Positions 24,318 to 36,414 of a stretch of 45,102 nt of DNA are shown here, one piece after another (position 1 is the first letter of the stretch; every line of letters begins with the position of its first letter). Source of the DNA: Octopus bimaculoides (Eukaryota). The notes beneath the pieces were generated by a model. It saw nothing but the letters and a program-made list of their open reading frames with translations. It was not told where the DNA came from and did no database searches. The translations under genes and the position numbers were made by a program. The stretch spans positions 17,047,748 to 17,092,849 of the forward strand of contig NC_069007.1 of assembly GCF_001194135.2 (NCBI RefSeq), read 5' to 3'.

Positions 24318-25285
24318 CTGCAATTGAAAGAAAAAGATATATATATACATATGCACTTATGCATGTACACACAAATACATATAAGAAAAATCCACATTTT
24401 TTTTTTTGTATATACACAAGGTCTTTACATTATCATCAGCATCATCGTTTAACGTCCGCTTTCCATGCTAGCATGGGTTGGACGATTTGACTGAGGACTG
24501 GCGAACCAGATGGCTACACCAGGCTCCAATCTGATTTGGCAGAATTTCTACAGCTGGATGCCCTTCCTAACACCAACCACTCCGAGAGTGTAGTGGGTGC
24601 TTTTACGTGCCACCGGCACAAGGGCCAGTCAGGCGGTACTGGCAACGGCCACGCTCAAAATGGTGTATTTTACGTGCCACCTGCACAGGAGCCAGTCCTG
24701 CAGCACTGGCAACAAATTAAATTTCACAATTTACTTTGGTACGTAAACAAGATCGTTCATGCTATTTAGAAGCAATTATCTCTCTCTCTCACACACGTAT
24801 GTATATATGTAAACACAAATATGTATGCATACATATATCCAACCCATGCTAGCATGGAAAGCGGACGTTAAACGATGATGATCATTGTCGTTTAACATTC
24901 ACTTTCCAAAGCTTGCATGGGGTATATGGAATTCACAGAGGCAGATTCTTTAAGGCTTAGATATTGTTTTTCCTGTTACCAACTCGCATTTGTTTCTCGG
25001 CCATGTTACATTATTTCCTCATGTTTTCATGGCAGATTGAAAACGAATAACACTACCTCTATGACAATGACTCTCATTTAAAACTGTCATGTGACCTCAA
25101 GACAAGGAAGCACAACCAGGCACTCACACATACAGGCTTTTTTTGAGTTCCTGTCCACCAAACCTACTCACAAGGCTTTGGAAAATCTGAAGCCTTTATG
25201 AATAAACCAAGGAACAATTCCTTCATTTCTTCTGACCAACATTACTATTACCAAAAATGCTTTATTCCTGTATATATATATGCAT

Positions 25286-25642
25286 GTCGAGGGTTCCAGT
25301 TGATCCGATCAACGGAAAAGCCTGCTCGTGAAATTAACGTGCAAGTGGCTGAGCACTCCACAGACACGTGTACCCGTAACGTAGTTCTCGGTGGGGGATA
25401 TTCAGCGTGACACAGTGTGTGACAAGGCTGACCCTTTGAATTACAGGCACAACAGAAACAGGAAGAAAGAGTGAGAGAAAGTTGTGGTGAAAGAGTACAG
25501 CAGGGTTCGCCACCATCCCCTGCCGGAGCCTCATGGGGCTTTAGGTGTTTTCGCTCAATAAACACTCACGGTCTGGGAATCGAAACCGCGATCCTATGAC
25601 CGCGAGTCCGCTGCCCTAACCACTGGGCCATTGCGCCTCCAC
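25286..25642 (-). mobile_element. Family C SINE, 3'-truncated, 10-bp TSD
   Basis: Matches 19469-19844; ATATATGCAT at 25276-25285 and 25643-25652. Confidence 0.9.
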
Positions 25643-25693
25643 ATATATGCATACACTCATATATATACACACAAGCGATTGAAAGGTCTTTAC

Positions 25694-25822
25694 CTAATTT
25701 TTATCCAGTCTCTACAATTTGAACTGGACATCAGGGTTTCAAGCTCATCTCGGCCTACGTAATATGGTGGACGCTCATTGATTTTCTGAGGAACACGCTC
25801 AAGAACACCGACTGGTATATAT
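25694..25822 (-). CDS. DUS3L: DUS3L exon [33 protein letters not shown]...WIKI(S)
   Basis: Not in the ORF track. Acceptor tttcacag, 129 nt (1+126+2), donor gtaaag. Confidence 0.96.
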
Positions 25823-26238
25823 CTGTGAAATAATTACAATATAAAATAAATAAATAATTAACATATGCATTGACTGTTTTGCTGAAGAAGAAACACTGTT
25901 ATTATCATCATTTTAACATCTACTTTTCCATGCTTGCATGGGTTAGATGGCTGCACAGAAAGAAATTTTAAAATTTCATTGGCCGAGTCTGCTGGATGCT
26001 TTTGGATTATATACATATTATATATGTAATGAATTATATATTATGCACTTTATTGCGTTTTGCTATGGATGTGACCCCCACCAGTCAGTGGAAAAAATTG
26101 TCTTGCATAAAACCGGTCTATGGTGCAAAAAAGGTTGGGAACTGCTGTTTTATGCCATCAAATACATTTTATATATGTATATATACAGAAGCTATAGTGA
26201 GATGGATGTGATAATAAAAGAGAGAAACGACGACTAAC

Positions 26239-26427
26239 CGATGAGAGAAAGACAACATTTCTAAAAGGAATCTTCTGGTAGTCTCAACACCTTGATGGTC
26301 GCTTCCCCAGTGTTCAAAACCATTCCTAACGAACTGACGGAGCATGTCTAAGCGTTCGTTGGAAGATATGTCCCAGTGGCGTTGTTCTTTAATCTCTGTG
26401 AAGATCCACGGTTTGATAAGTGCTCCC
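26239..26427 (-). CDS. DUS3L: DUS3L exon [22 protein letters not shown]...LSFSH(R)
   Basis: Acceptor ttttcttcag, 189 nt (1+186+2), donor gttagt; WGSD and TRRFLLE motifs. Confidence 0.96.
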
Positions 26428-26640
26428 CTGAAGAAAAAACAAAACAATACAAGTGATAATATATCTGAATAAGTAAAACAAAAAAAATTAAAAAAAAAAA
26501 CATTTTCTTTTATCGAATTATTCCACAAGGAATCTCTATCTTTTTATCCTTTACTTGTTTCAATCACTACACTACAGCCATGCTGGAGCACCACCTTGAA
26601 AGGTTTTAGTTGAACAATTCAACCCTGCTACTTATATATA

Positions 26641-26861
26641 TATATTACATACAAAAATAAGAGGAATGACCAGTAAAAGTGGACTCCTATATGCTAGAAA
26701 TAGATGCCAAATCATCTAACCACAAAAAATATGTTCTCAGTAAAAATTTAGCGACACAATTTTTACTGAGAACATATTTTTCGTGGTTAGATGATTTGGC
26801 ATCTATTTCTAGCATATAGGAGTCCACTTTTGCTGGTCATCTTATTTTTGTATGTAATATA
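26641..26861. repeat. Long near-perfect palindrome (108/104-bp arms, 9-bp spacer)
   Basis: Arms 26641-26748 and 26758-26861 are reverse complements except for two substitutions and a 4-bp indel. Confidence 0.93.
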
Positions 26862-27675
26862 ATTTTAATTGATTAATATCAATTTCTACCCTTATTAATA
26901 AACTNNNNNNNNNNNNNNNNNNNNNNNNNNNNNNNNNNNNNNNNNNNNNNNNNNNNNNNNNNNNNNNNNATTTTTTAATGTCAGTTACTTATTCTATTGG
27001 TCTCTTTTGCTGTAACTATTAAGTTATGTGGACATAAATAAACCAATCCCGGTTGTCAAGCAATAGTGGCAGGGAACGAACACAAAGACACACAAATGTA
27101 TATACATATCATCATCATTTTAGTGTTCACTTTTCCATGCTTGCATGGATCAGATGGAATTTATTGAGGTGGATTTTTTTACAGCTCCCTGTTTCCAAGC
27201 AAGGGTTGTATTTTCTTAAGACCAGACATGTTTTTACGGAAGATTGGAAATGAAGAATACCACATGTATGAGTGACACTTGTTTACAACTATCATATGTC
27301 AAGAAAGGAGACAGTAACACACATACATACATCCATGTGTGTGAGAGTGTATATATATATATATAGATGTACGCACGCACATATATATATTTCCACCTAC
27401 CAAATTCACTCACAAGGTATTGATTGGCATGGGTTTATAATAGAAGACACTTGCCCAAGGTGCCATGCAGTGGGACTGAACCTGAAATCATGTGGTTACA
27501 AAGTGAAGACTTCCACATGGTTCTATCTAAGAATGGCCAGTGATAGACATTTTATACCATGGTTTCAAACACATCTGCTGGTGAAACAGAAGAATGAAGG
27601 GGATGCAGGAGATACAGAATTTCAAAAAACATTCTTCAAGAAAGATGAAAATAATCAATAAGAATAGTATCTTAC

Positions 27676-27754
27676 CTTGCAATCATAACCCCTTTAGCGT
27701 ATGTGTTGCTTAAAAAGGAATTGGCATCTTCGAATGAAAGAACATCCCCATTAC
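27676..27754 (-). CDS. DUS3L: DUS3L exon (G)NGDVLSFEDANSFLSNTYAKGVMIA(R)
   Basis: Not in the ORF track. Acceptor ttttcaatcag, 79 nt (2+75+2), donor gtaaga; GNGD and GVMIARGAL motifs; phase matches the next exon. Confidence 0.95.
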
Positions 27755-27842
27755 CTGATTGAAAAACAGAAGCAAATATAAAAAAGTCATTTTGAAATCT
27801 AATGGACACAAATTAAAATAATAAAACAACAGTATATTTATC

Positions 27843-28830
27843 ATCATCATCATCATCATTTAACGTCCATTGTCCATGCATGCTGGCATGGGTTGGACAG
27901 TTTGGCCAGGGCTGGTAAGGTGAGGGGCTGCACCAAACTCCAGTCTGATTTGGCATGGTTTCTACAGCTGGATGCCCTTCCTAATGCCAACCGCTCCGAG
28001 AGTGTAATGGGTGCTTTTGTGTGCCACTGGCACAGGTACCAGTCGCAAGATCCCAGCATCTGCTATGACTACAATTTCACTTGGCTTGATAGGTCTACCT
28101 TCTCAATCACAGCATATTGCCAAAGGTCTCGGTCATTTGTCATTGCCTCCACGAGGCCTAACGCTTAAAAGGTGCTTTTTACGTGCCACTGGCATGGGTG
28201 TCATGACTACGATCTCACTTGGCTTGATGGGTCTTCTCAAGCACAGCATATCACCAAAGCTCTCAGTCATTAGTCATTGCCTCTGTGAGGCCCAAAGTTC
28301 AAAGATCATGCTTCACCATCTCATTCCATGTCTTCTTGGGTCTACCTCTATCACAGGTTCCCTCCACAGTTAGGGATCAGCACTTCTTTACACAGCTGTC
28401 CTCGTCCATATGCATCACATGACCATACCAGTGCAGTTCTCTCTTGCACACCACGTCTGATGCCTCTTATGCCCAACTTTTCTCTAAAGACACTTATACT
28501 CTGTCATTCATGCACACTGACTTTGCACATCCAGCAAAGCATACTGGCTTCATTTCTTTCAAGCCTACGCATGTCCTTGGCTATCACAGCCCATGTTTCA
28601 CTGCCATGTAGCATGGCTGTTAACACACAGGCATCATACAATCTGCCTTTCACTCTGAGGGAGAGGCCCTTTGTTGCTAAGAGTGGTTAGGGCCTCTCTG
28701 AACTTTGCCCAGCCTATTCTTATTCTCACAGCTATACTCTCAGAGTATCCATCTCCGCTACTAACTCGGTCACCTAGATAATGGAAGCTGTCTACTACCT
28801 CTAGCTTACCCCTTGGCAGTTGATGGAGTC
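27843..28830 (-). mobile_element. 5'-truncated RTE-clade LINE with (GAT)n tail
   Basis: Minus strand reads ..LSLRVKGRLYDACVLTAMLHGSETW..RRLHWYGHVMHMDEDSCVKKC..GRPKKTW, followed by the 3' UTR. UTR-only copies at about 5552-5650, 24430-24715, 29305-29500, 30740-31030, 34440-34630 and 42190-42440. Confidence 0.88.
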
Positions 28831-29729
28831 TATTTTCTATATCTCAATATATTATATATATGTGTGTGTGTGTGTGTCTTTGTGTTGATGTGTCTACATC
28901 CCTGTAACTTATAGATTTGGCCAAAAAAATCGATAGAATAAGTACTAGGCTTAAAGAAAAAAGATCCTGGGGTCCATTGATGCAATTAAAATTCTGCATG
29001 GCTGCTGTCTAATGACTGAAACAAGTAACAGGTAAAAGACACAAATTCATGTTTCTGGTCCCATGGAATACCAAGACACTCAAAAGCAAGTTTTAGACTA
29101 ATTTGATTAAAGTTAGAGTATACGTGTTTAATATTGAGAGTTCTACTTAATTACAATCGGGTCGGTGTTGAAGATAAAAACCAAGGGAGACAACCTGTGT
29201 AGAATTAAGTATGATCGTTGGTAAATATAGAGACAACACTAGATTATGTTACAGTAGTCTTTGACCACTCAGCAAAGAATAGTCTTGCCAGTTTTTAAGA
29301 TACATCATCATCATCATTTAATGTACATGTTCCATGCTGGCATGGGTTGAACAGTTTGACAGGATCAAATGTCTCCAAGGATTACGTCATGCTTCAATGA
29401 CTGCTTTGACATGGTTTCTACGGCTTGATGCCCTTCCCAATGCCACACTTTACAGTGTGGACCAGGTACTTCTTCTTTTTTATGACACCTGCACTATTGA
29501 TGTCGCCAGATCCAGGGGAGGTGGGATTTACTAAGAAGAAGGAGTTGGGATAGAGCAGGTTCTTGCAGAGGGACCATATATATATATATATATATATGTA
29601 CTTGCATAGCAAGTGACGTGATCTGAGATCGTGTGCTGGAACGAAAACAATTGCAGCGTGGAAGGTGTTTATAAGCCATTTAAAATAACACACAAAGACC
29701 GTTAGATTCACTTCAACATTTAAATTTAA

Positions 29730-29780
29730 TTTGTCAAAATATTTTCGTCGCTTTGAGACTGCAACCGGTTCACTGACAAA
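29730..29780 (-). ncRNA. Hammerhead-like motif with G3/C8 swapped core
   Basis: tttgtca-GTGAACC-G-gttgc(agtctcaaa)gcgac-GAAA-atat-TT-tgacaaa: 7-bp stem I, 5-bp stem II, AATATT palindrome. Position 9 is C instead of A. Confidence 0.45.
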
Positions 29781-30298
29781 ATTCTGTATATATCAAATCA
29801 AATTTGCAAATTCGATGACTGGCACCTGTACCAGTGGAGCGCTAAGAGCACCATCTGAGCGTGATCGCTCCCAGAGCAGCTGACTGGCTTCTGTGCTGGT
29901 CGCACGTAAAAAAACATTCAAGCGAGGTCNNNNNNNNNNNNNNNNNNNNNNNNNNNNNNNNNNNNNNNNNNNNNNNNNNNNNNNNNNNNNNNNNNNNNNN
30001 NNNNNNNNNNNNNNNNNNNNNNNNNNNNNNNNNNNNNNNNNNNNNNNNNNNNNNNNNNNNNNNNNNNNNNNNNNNNNNNNNNNNNNNNNNNNNNNNNNNN
30101 NNNNNNNNNNNNNNNNNNNNNNNNNNNNNNNNNNNNNNNNNNNNNNNNNNNNNNNNNNNNNNNNNNNNNNNNNNNNNNNNNNNNNNNNNNNNNNNNNNNN
30201 NNNNNNNNNNNNNNNNNNNNNNNNNNNNNNNNNNNNNNNNNNNNNNNNNNNNNNNNNNNNNNNNNNNNNNNNNNNNNNNNNNNNNNNNNNNNNNNNNN

Positions 30299-30355
30299 AA
30301 TGTAGTCCCAGTCAGCTAGTTTAGTATAACGTTGTTCTCTTGACCTGCCATGCAC
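30299..30355 (-). CDS. DUS3L: DUS3L exon VHGRSREQRYTKLADWDYI, truncated by assembly gap
   Basis: Acceptor cttctctcag; HGRSREQRYTK is a Dus motif; runs into the N gap at 30298. Confidence 0.93.
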
Positions 30356-31195
30356 CTGAGAGAAGTGTGAGAGAGATAGATAAATAGATAGAGACAGTTA
30401 GGGGGAGAGTGAGTGAGATGATGAGAGAAATACCGCTAAGCATTTCGCCCGGCGTGCTAACGTTTCTTATTTTGTTATTGCCCACAAGGGGCTAAACACA
30501 GAGAGGACAAACAAGGACAGACAAAGGGATTAAGTCGATTACATCGACCCCAGTGCATAACTGGTACTTATTTAATCGACCCCGAAAGGCAAAGTCGACC
30601 TCGGCGGAATTTGAACTCAGAACATAACGGCAGACGAAATACCGCTAAGCATTTCGCCTGGCGTGCTAATGATTCTACAAGCTCGCCTTCTTTCCATGCT
30701 GTCATGAGTCGGGCAGTGTGACAGGATCTGACTATCCTGACGACAGTATCGATCTCCAGTGTTAGCTGTGGCATGGTTTCTACAGCTGGATGCCCTTCCT
30801 ACTACCAATCATTTTACAGTTTGTACTGGGTGCTTTTTTCATGGCACCAGCACACTACTGATGTCACAAAGTAACTTACAAGATGCGAACCCTTGCTTGG
30901 CAACAAGTGAGTGCTGGTGTCAGGAAGGGTATCTGGCTGTAGAAAATCTGCTTCAGTGACCTCCACCTGACCCATGCAAGCTTGGAAAAGTGAACATTCA
31001 ATGGTGATGATGATGATGATGGCGAATGGCAAACCCTGTGTCCTTGTGTGTAACAAGAGGCGACTATAAGAGTAAATGACAGGAAGCGCATCCTGTTAGA
31101 AAACCCCATACCAACATGGAAAATCAGACACAAACTAATGATGATGCTAGTAACATAATAACATTGTTGTAATAATTCAATGCATTTAAATATGT

Positions 31196-31504
31196 TGGCA
31201 CTCCGTCGCTTATGACGTCGAGGGTTCCAGTTGATCCGATCAATGGAACAGCCTGCTCGGGAAATTAACGTGCAAGTGGCTGAGCACTCCACAGACACGT
31301 GTACCCTTAACGTAGATTCTAGGAGATATTCAGTGTGACAAGGCTGGCCCTTTGAATTACAGGCACAACAGAAATAGGAAGAAAGAGCGAGATAAAGTTG
31401 TGGTGGAAGAGTACAGCAGGGTTCGCCACCATCCCCTGCCGGAGCCTCGTGGAGCTTTTAGGTGTTTTCGCTCAATAAACACTCACAATGCCTGGTCTGG
31501 GAAT
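31196..31504 (-). mobile_element. Family C SINE, head lost in assembly gap
   Basis: High similarity to the copies at 19469 and 25286. Confidence 0.9.
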
Positions 31505-32514
31505 NNNNNNNNNNNNNNNNNNNNNNNNNNNNNNNNNNNNNNNNNNNNNNNNNNNNNNNNNNNNNNNNNNNNNNNNNNNNNNNNNNNNNNNNNNNNNNNN
31601 NNNNNNNNNNNNNNNNNNNNNNNNNNNNNNNNNNNNNNNNNNNNNNNNNNNNNNNNNNNNNNNNNNNNNNNNNNNNNNNNNNNNNNNNNNNNNNNNNNNN
31701 NNNNNNNNNNNNNNNNNNNNNNNNNNNNNNNNNNNNNNNNNNNNNNNNNNNNNNNNNNNNNNNNNNNNNNNNNNNNNNNNNNNNNNNNNNNNNNNNNNNN
31801 NNNNNNNNNNNNNNNNNNNNNNNNNNNNNNNNNNNNNNNNNNNNNNNNNNNNNNNNNNNNNNNNNNNNNNNNNNNNNNNNNNNNNNNNNNNNNNNNNNNN
31901 NNNNNNNNNNNNNNNNNNNNNNNNNNNNNNNNNNNNNNNNNNNNNNNNNNNNNNNNNNNNNNNNNNNNNNNNNGCCATGCTGGAGCACCGCCTTTAGTCG
32001 AGCAAATCGACCCCAGGACTTATTCTTTGGAAGCCTAGTACTTATTCTATCGATCTCTTTTGCCGAACCGCTAAGTTACGGGGACGTAAACACACCAGCA
32101 TTGGTTGTCAAGCGATGTTGGGGGTACAAACACAGACACCCACATACACATATATATATATATACATATATACGACGGGCTTCTTTCAGTTTCCGTCTAC
32201 CAAATCCACTCACAAGGCTTTGGTCGGTCCGAGGCTATAGTAGAAGACACTTGCCCAAGATGCCATGCAGTGGGACTGAACCCGGAACCATGTGGTTGGT
32301 AAGCAAGCTACTTACCACACAGCCACTCCTGAATTAACTCTTTAGCATTTAGACTACTTTGTCAAATGTAATGCTTATTTATTCACATTGCTTTCAGTTA
32401 ATCATGGCTAATCTTGCAGCTTTGAGATATTGGCAATGTGACTAGTTACCTCCACCTTAGCGAAGGCGGTGTTATTGTTTTCAGATCCTTGGATTGATGA
32501 AGAGTTTCACTTAC

Positions 32515-32631
32515 CTTCTGGTATATCAGCTCGATAGGGCAACCACAGTTAATGTCCACAAAGTCAAATTTACAGTTCTCTTGAATGAGTTGGGCACAGC
32601 GAGTCATGGAATCCATATGGGCACCACACAA
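32515..32631 (-). CDS. DUS3L: DUS3L exon with catalytic motif DINCGCP
   Basis: Acceptor ctctgccag, 117 nt (LCGAHMDSM...FVDINCGCPIELIYQK), donor gtaagt. Confidence 0.96.
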
Positions 32632-33237
32632 CTGGCAGAGAGAAAGTAAGGAACACAAGTCTTTTAATCGTTTCAGTCATTGGATTTGCTTGTAAGATGA
32701 TAATGCTTATTTACAGCCAAAAACATGGGCATCACCATTTTGGCATCTAGTTTTCCATACATGCATGGGTCTGCACCAAGCCCTGCTGTCTGCTTTAGCA
32801 TGGTTCTGTGGTTGGATGCCCTTCCCAATGTCAACCACTTTACAATGTACTAGGTGTTTTTTACATGTAATCTGCAAGACAAGACCCCTCAACTGAGGGG
32901 TGGGGGTGGCAATTGAAGCCTCCTTGGCAGGCTACACATATATATATATGTGTGTGTATGTGGTCCAACCTATGCCAGCATGGAAAACAGATGATGACAA
33001 ACACACAAAGGGCTTTTCCCATTTTCTGTCTACCAAATCCATTCAAAAGGCCTTCTACTATAACCTGGGGCTATACTAGAAGACATTTGCTGACTGTGCC
33101 ACATAGTCAGACTGAACCCGAAACCACAAGCCTGCGAAGCAAGCTTTTCAAACCACAGAGCAGTCATGCCTTTGCCTGAACCTTATTACAGAAATGTTAT
33201 TTAAGAAACTGCAGCAAAAAATTCCTGCAATATTTAC

Positions 33238-33387
33238 CTGGATACCAAAAATATCTTCAGATTCATGTCGTTTGAGAAGAGCCCATTCTGTTTTACCTTG
33301 GAGAAGACTTGTAGCCACAGCCATTTCACTGCAAGTGATGTCTGCGCCGTAACCCTTGCACAACCGACGGAATGGTAAATTACCAGC
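33238..33387 (-). CDS. DUS3L: DUS3L exon [23 protein letters not shown]...EDIFGIQ
   Basis: Acceptor tttatcctag, 150 nt, donor gtaaat; GNLPFRR and EWALLKRH are DUS3 motifs. Confidence 0.96.
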
Positions 33388-33742
33388 CTAGGATAAAAAG
33401 CGAAAGAAAGAAAAAATCAATCACCATATTTACTTGTGTTTTAAGGTAGCAAGCTGGCAGAATTGTTAGCATGCTGGGTGAAATGCTTAGGAGAATTTCA
33501 ATGCATCACCCCGCTCACCACCATCAGATATAGGCTGAGGTGGGCTTTGTAAGGTGGTTCAAGTCTGGTAACAGACAGATGGATAGGGTGATGGATAGAT
33601 AGGTGAATAGATATGTTGATAGACAGATACATGAACAGGTGGATAGATAGGTAGATGGATGGATAGATAGGTAGATGGAGAAATTTACGAGATATATATT
33701 AAAAAAATCCAAAATAAACCCCCAACAGATGACAGCACTTAC

Positions 33743-33784
33743 TGTAGTGAGAGGTGCAAGAAAGAGTTTGTTTGAAAAGTCAAT
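33743..33784 (-). CDS. DUS3L: DUS3L exon IDFSNKLFLAPLTT (start of Dus TIM barrel)
   Basis: Acceptor ttttacag, 42 nt, donor gtaagt; conserved LAPLTT motif. Confidence 0.95.
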
Positions 33785-34669
33785 CTGTAAAAGAGAAAAA
33801 AAAAACGAAAAACATTTAATTGAAAAAGAAATGCTATGAAAACAAACAAGTAAAATAAACATCAACAACAAAACAAAACTGACTTTAGTTTTTGTAGGGG
33901 AAAATATAATATAATATATTGAAGATAGTTAATTGGATCTAATTAAGAATATTACAGGTATTTAATTAATTTCAGAAGGATAAGAAAGACTGTTGACCAG
34001 TTCTGGAGTTCTGGGCAGTGCTCCAGCCTGGCCTTAGTTGTCATGACTACAACAAACTAAAAGATGACAGAAGACGGAGATACCTGGTGTCTTGCTGTAC
34101 TCAAGGAAACCCATCCTCCACAGCAAAAGTGTTAAGGCTATCCCTCCTGGTGGAGAGGATTAACCTGCAAGAGCTGTGTGCTGGTGGCATATTATAAGCA
34201 CTCAGCACACACTGTAAAGTGGTTGGCATTAGGAAGGGAATCAAGCCATAGAAAACCACGCATGTGTCCCATACACACACACATGTAACAATCTTCTTTC
34301 AGTTTCCATTTACCAAATTCACTCACATGGTTTCGATTGGCCTGGGACAGTTGCAGAAAACATTGGTTGAAAGAGCTGCAAAGTGGAACTAGCTCAAAAC
34401 CATGAAGTTAGGAAGCAAACTTCACAATAAAAAAAATAACATCATCATCATCGTCATTTAACGTCTGCTTTCCATGCTAGCATGGGTTGGACGATTTGAC
34501 TGAGGACTGGTGAAACCAGATAGCTACACCAGGCTCCAATCTGATTTGGCAGAGTTTCTACAGCTGGATGCCCTTCCTAACGCCAACCACTCAGAGAGTG
34601 TAGTGGGTGCTTTTACGTGCCACTGGCACAAAAGGGGGGAAAAAAAACAAAAAAAAAAAACCTTCTTAC

Positions 34670-35336
34670 TTTTTTCTTTTCAGCTGGTCTTAATTTGATG
34701 AGATCTTCATCAGATACAAAACCAATATTCTGGCTGGAAGAATCTGCGTCTAATTTCTTCATATCCGCTTTATGGCCATCTTCCAGTACATTGTTTGTGC
34801 TTGATTTCGTGTTTAATTCCTCCAGAACCTTCTGAGATTTACTGAAATCATATTTCCTCTTCCACAGAAGTCTCTGTACATCCTTATCTAAGTGGTTTAC
34901 GCTATTTCTGGATAACGGCACCCCTTCATAGATCTCTTTATTTACCATATTTTCCAACGTTTCAGATATGTGGTGCCGGGCAAACCTGCAAGAAAAGCTG
35001 TAGGGACATCTGCCAAATTTGGTAAACAGATGGCACTCCGGGCCGATGTCTTCAGGTTTGGATTCCCAAAATGCTTTCACATCATGCAGAAATATGCACT
35101 TAGGGCCATATGCACATTCTTTCTCCTGAATGATGCTGCTGCATAATTTCTCGCAAGCCTTTAGCTTTCTCTCAAAGGGTCTTTTCTTGTTCCGTCCTTT
35201 TAATCGTAACTTTTTGGCAGGAGGTTCCAAACTTGAATTTTCCGAGTTCTCTTCGTTGAGATGTTTTAAGGTGTTTTGAGTCTCTTTTGCAACAAATTCG
35301 GTATCTATTTTCGGTTTGTAGTCCAGTAGCAGATAT
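34670..35336 (-). CDS. DUS3L: DUS3L exon with two CCCH zinc fingers
   Basis: Acceptor ttccaccag, 667 nt (1+666), donor gtaaga. Encodes RLKGRNKKRP, CSSIIQEKECAYGPKCIFLH, CHLFTKFGRCPYSFSCRFARHH and LWKRKYDF. Confidence 0.95.
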
Positions 35337-35377
35337 CTGGTGGAAGAAAGGAAACAAAACTAAATTATATACGCTTT

Positions 35378-35733
35378 TATTTGTTACAGTCATTTGATTG
35401 TGGCCATGCTGGAGCACCGCCTTTAGTCGAGAAAATCGACTTATTCTTTGTAAGCCTAGTACTTATTTTATCGGTCTCTTTTTGCCAAACCGCTAAGTTA
35501 CGGGGACGTAAACACACCAGCATCGGTTGTCAAGCGATGGTGGGGGGACAAACACACATACATATATACGACGGGCTTCTTTCAGATTCCATCTACCAAG
35601 TCCACTCACAAGGCTTTGGTCGGCCCGAGGCTATAGTAGAAGACACTTCCCCAAGGTGCCACGCAGTGGCAATGAACCCGGAACCATGCGGTTGGTAAGC
35701 AAGCTACTTACCACACAGCCTCTCCTGCGCCTA
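35378..35733 (-). mobile_element. tRNA-derived SINE family A (head taggcgcaggagtggctgtgtggtaag)
   Basis: A/B-box head and central microsatellite. Related copies at about 15637-16035(-), 20325-20650(+), 23050-23345(-), 27000-27500(-), 31974-32329(-) and 37230-37655(+), with partial copies elsewhere. Confidence 0.9.
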
Positions 35734-36414
35734 CAAGTGAAGTTGGCCCTGGCGAAATTTGAACTCAGACAATAAAGACACTATGCATTTTGCCCGCTGT
35801 GTGCTAACGATTCTGCCAGCTCATCGTTTTAATTATATACAATAAAATCCTTCCTATCTGACACACTGGAACCGAAGGGTTGGCAGATAATTGAATTTTC
35901 CGATTATCTGATCATCAGTTTTTAAATTAGCACAGCACTTCAAAACTCTCTCTACATATACATCTGTATTATCATTAACATTCTGAATGTGGTATACATA
36001 ACTTTTAAAAGTTATTTCTACAGATTTTCTATAGAAATTAGAGGCAGCACTGAAAGTTACAATGTTTTGTATACAAATACTTCCATGTAAACAATGCGAT
36101 CAAAGATAGAAAACTAGGGAATGGGAGTATATGCATATTTCACGAGTTCTTATTCCTTCTTCAGAACCATATCCAACCCATTAACCATCCATGAACACAG
36201 TGCTCAAATATCCACCAAATATAGCAAATTAACATTACTGGATAAACTAATTTACATATTAATTGCTGGTAGGGACACTGTACTTCATTATTCAACAGTG
36301 ATATACTACCAAAGATTTTATAAGTTAATATGGTGTCTCACCTGGGTTAGCTAAAGTAGGTGGGACACAATATTGACTTCTAAGCCTTTAGTATACTTGC
36401 TGGTATATTCTTTT

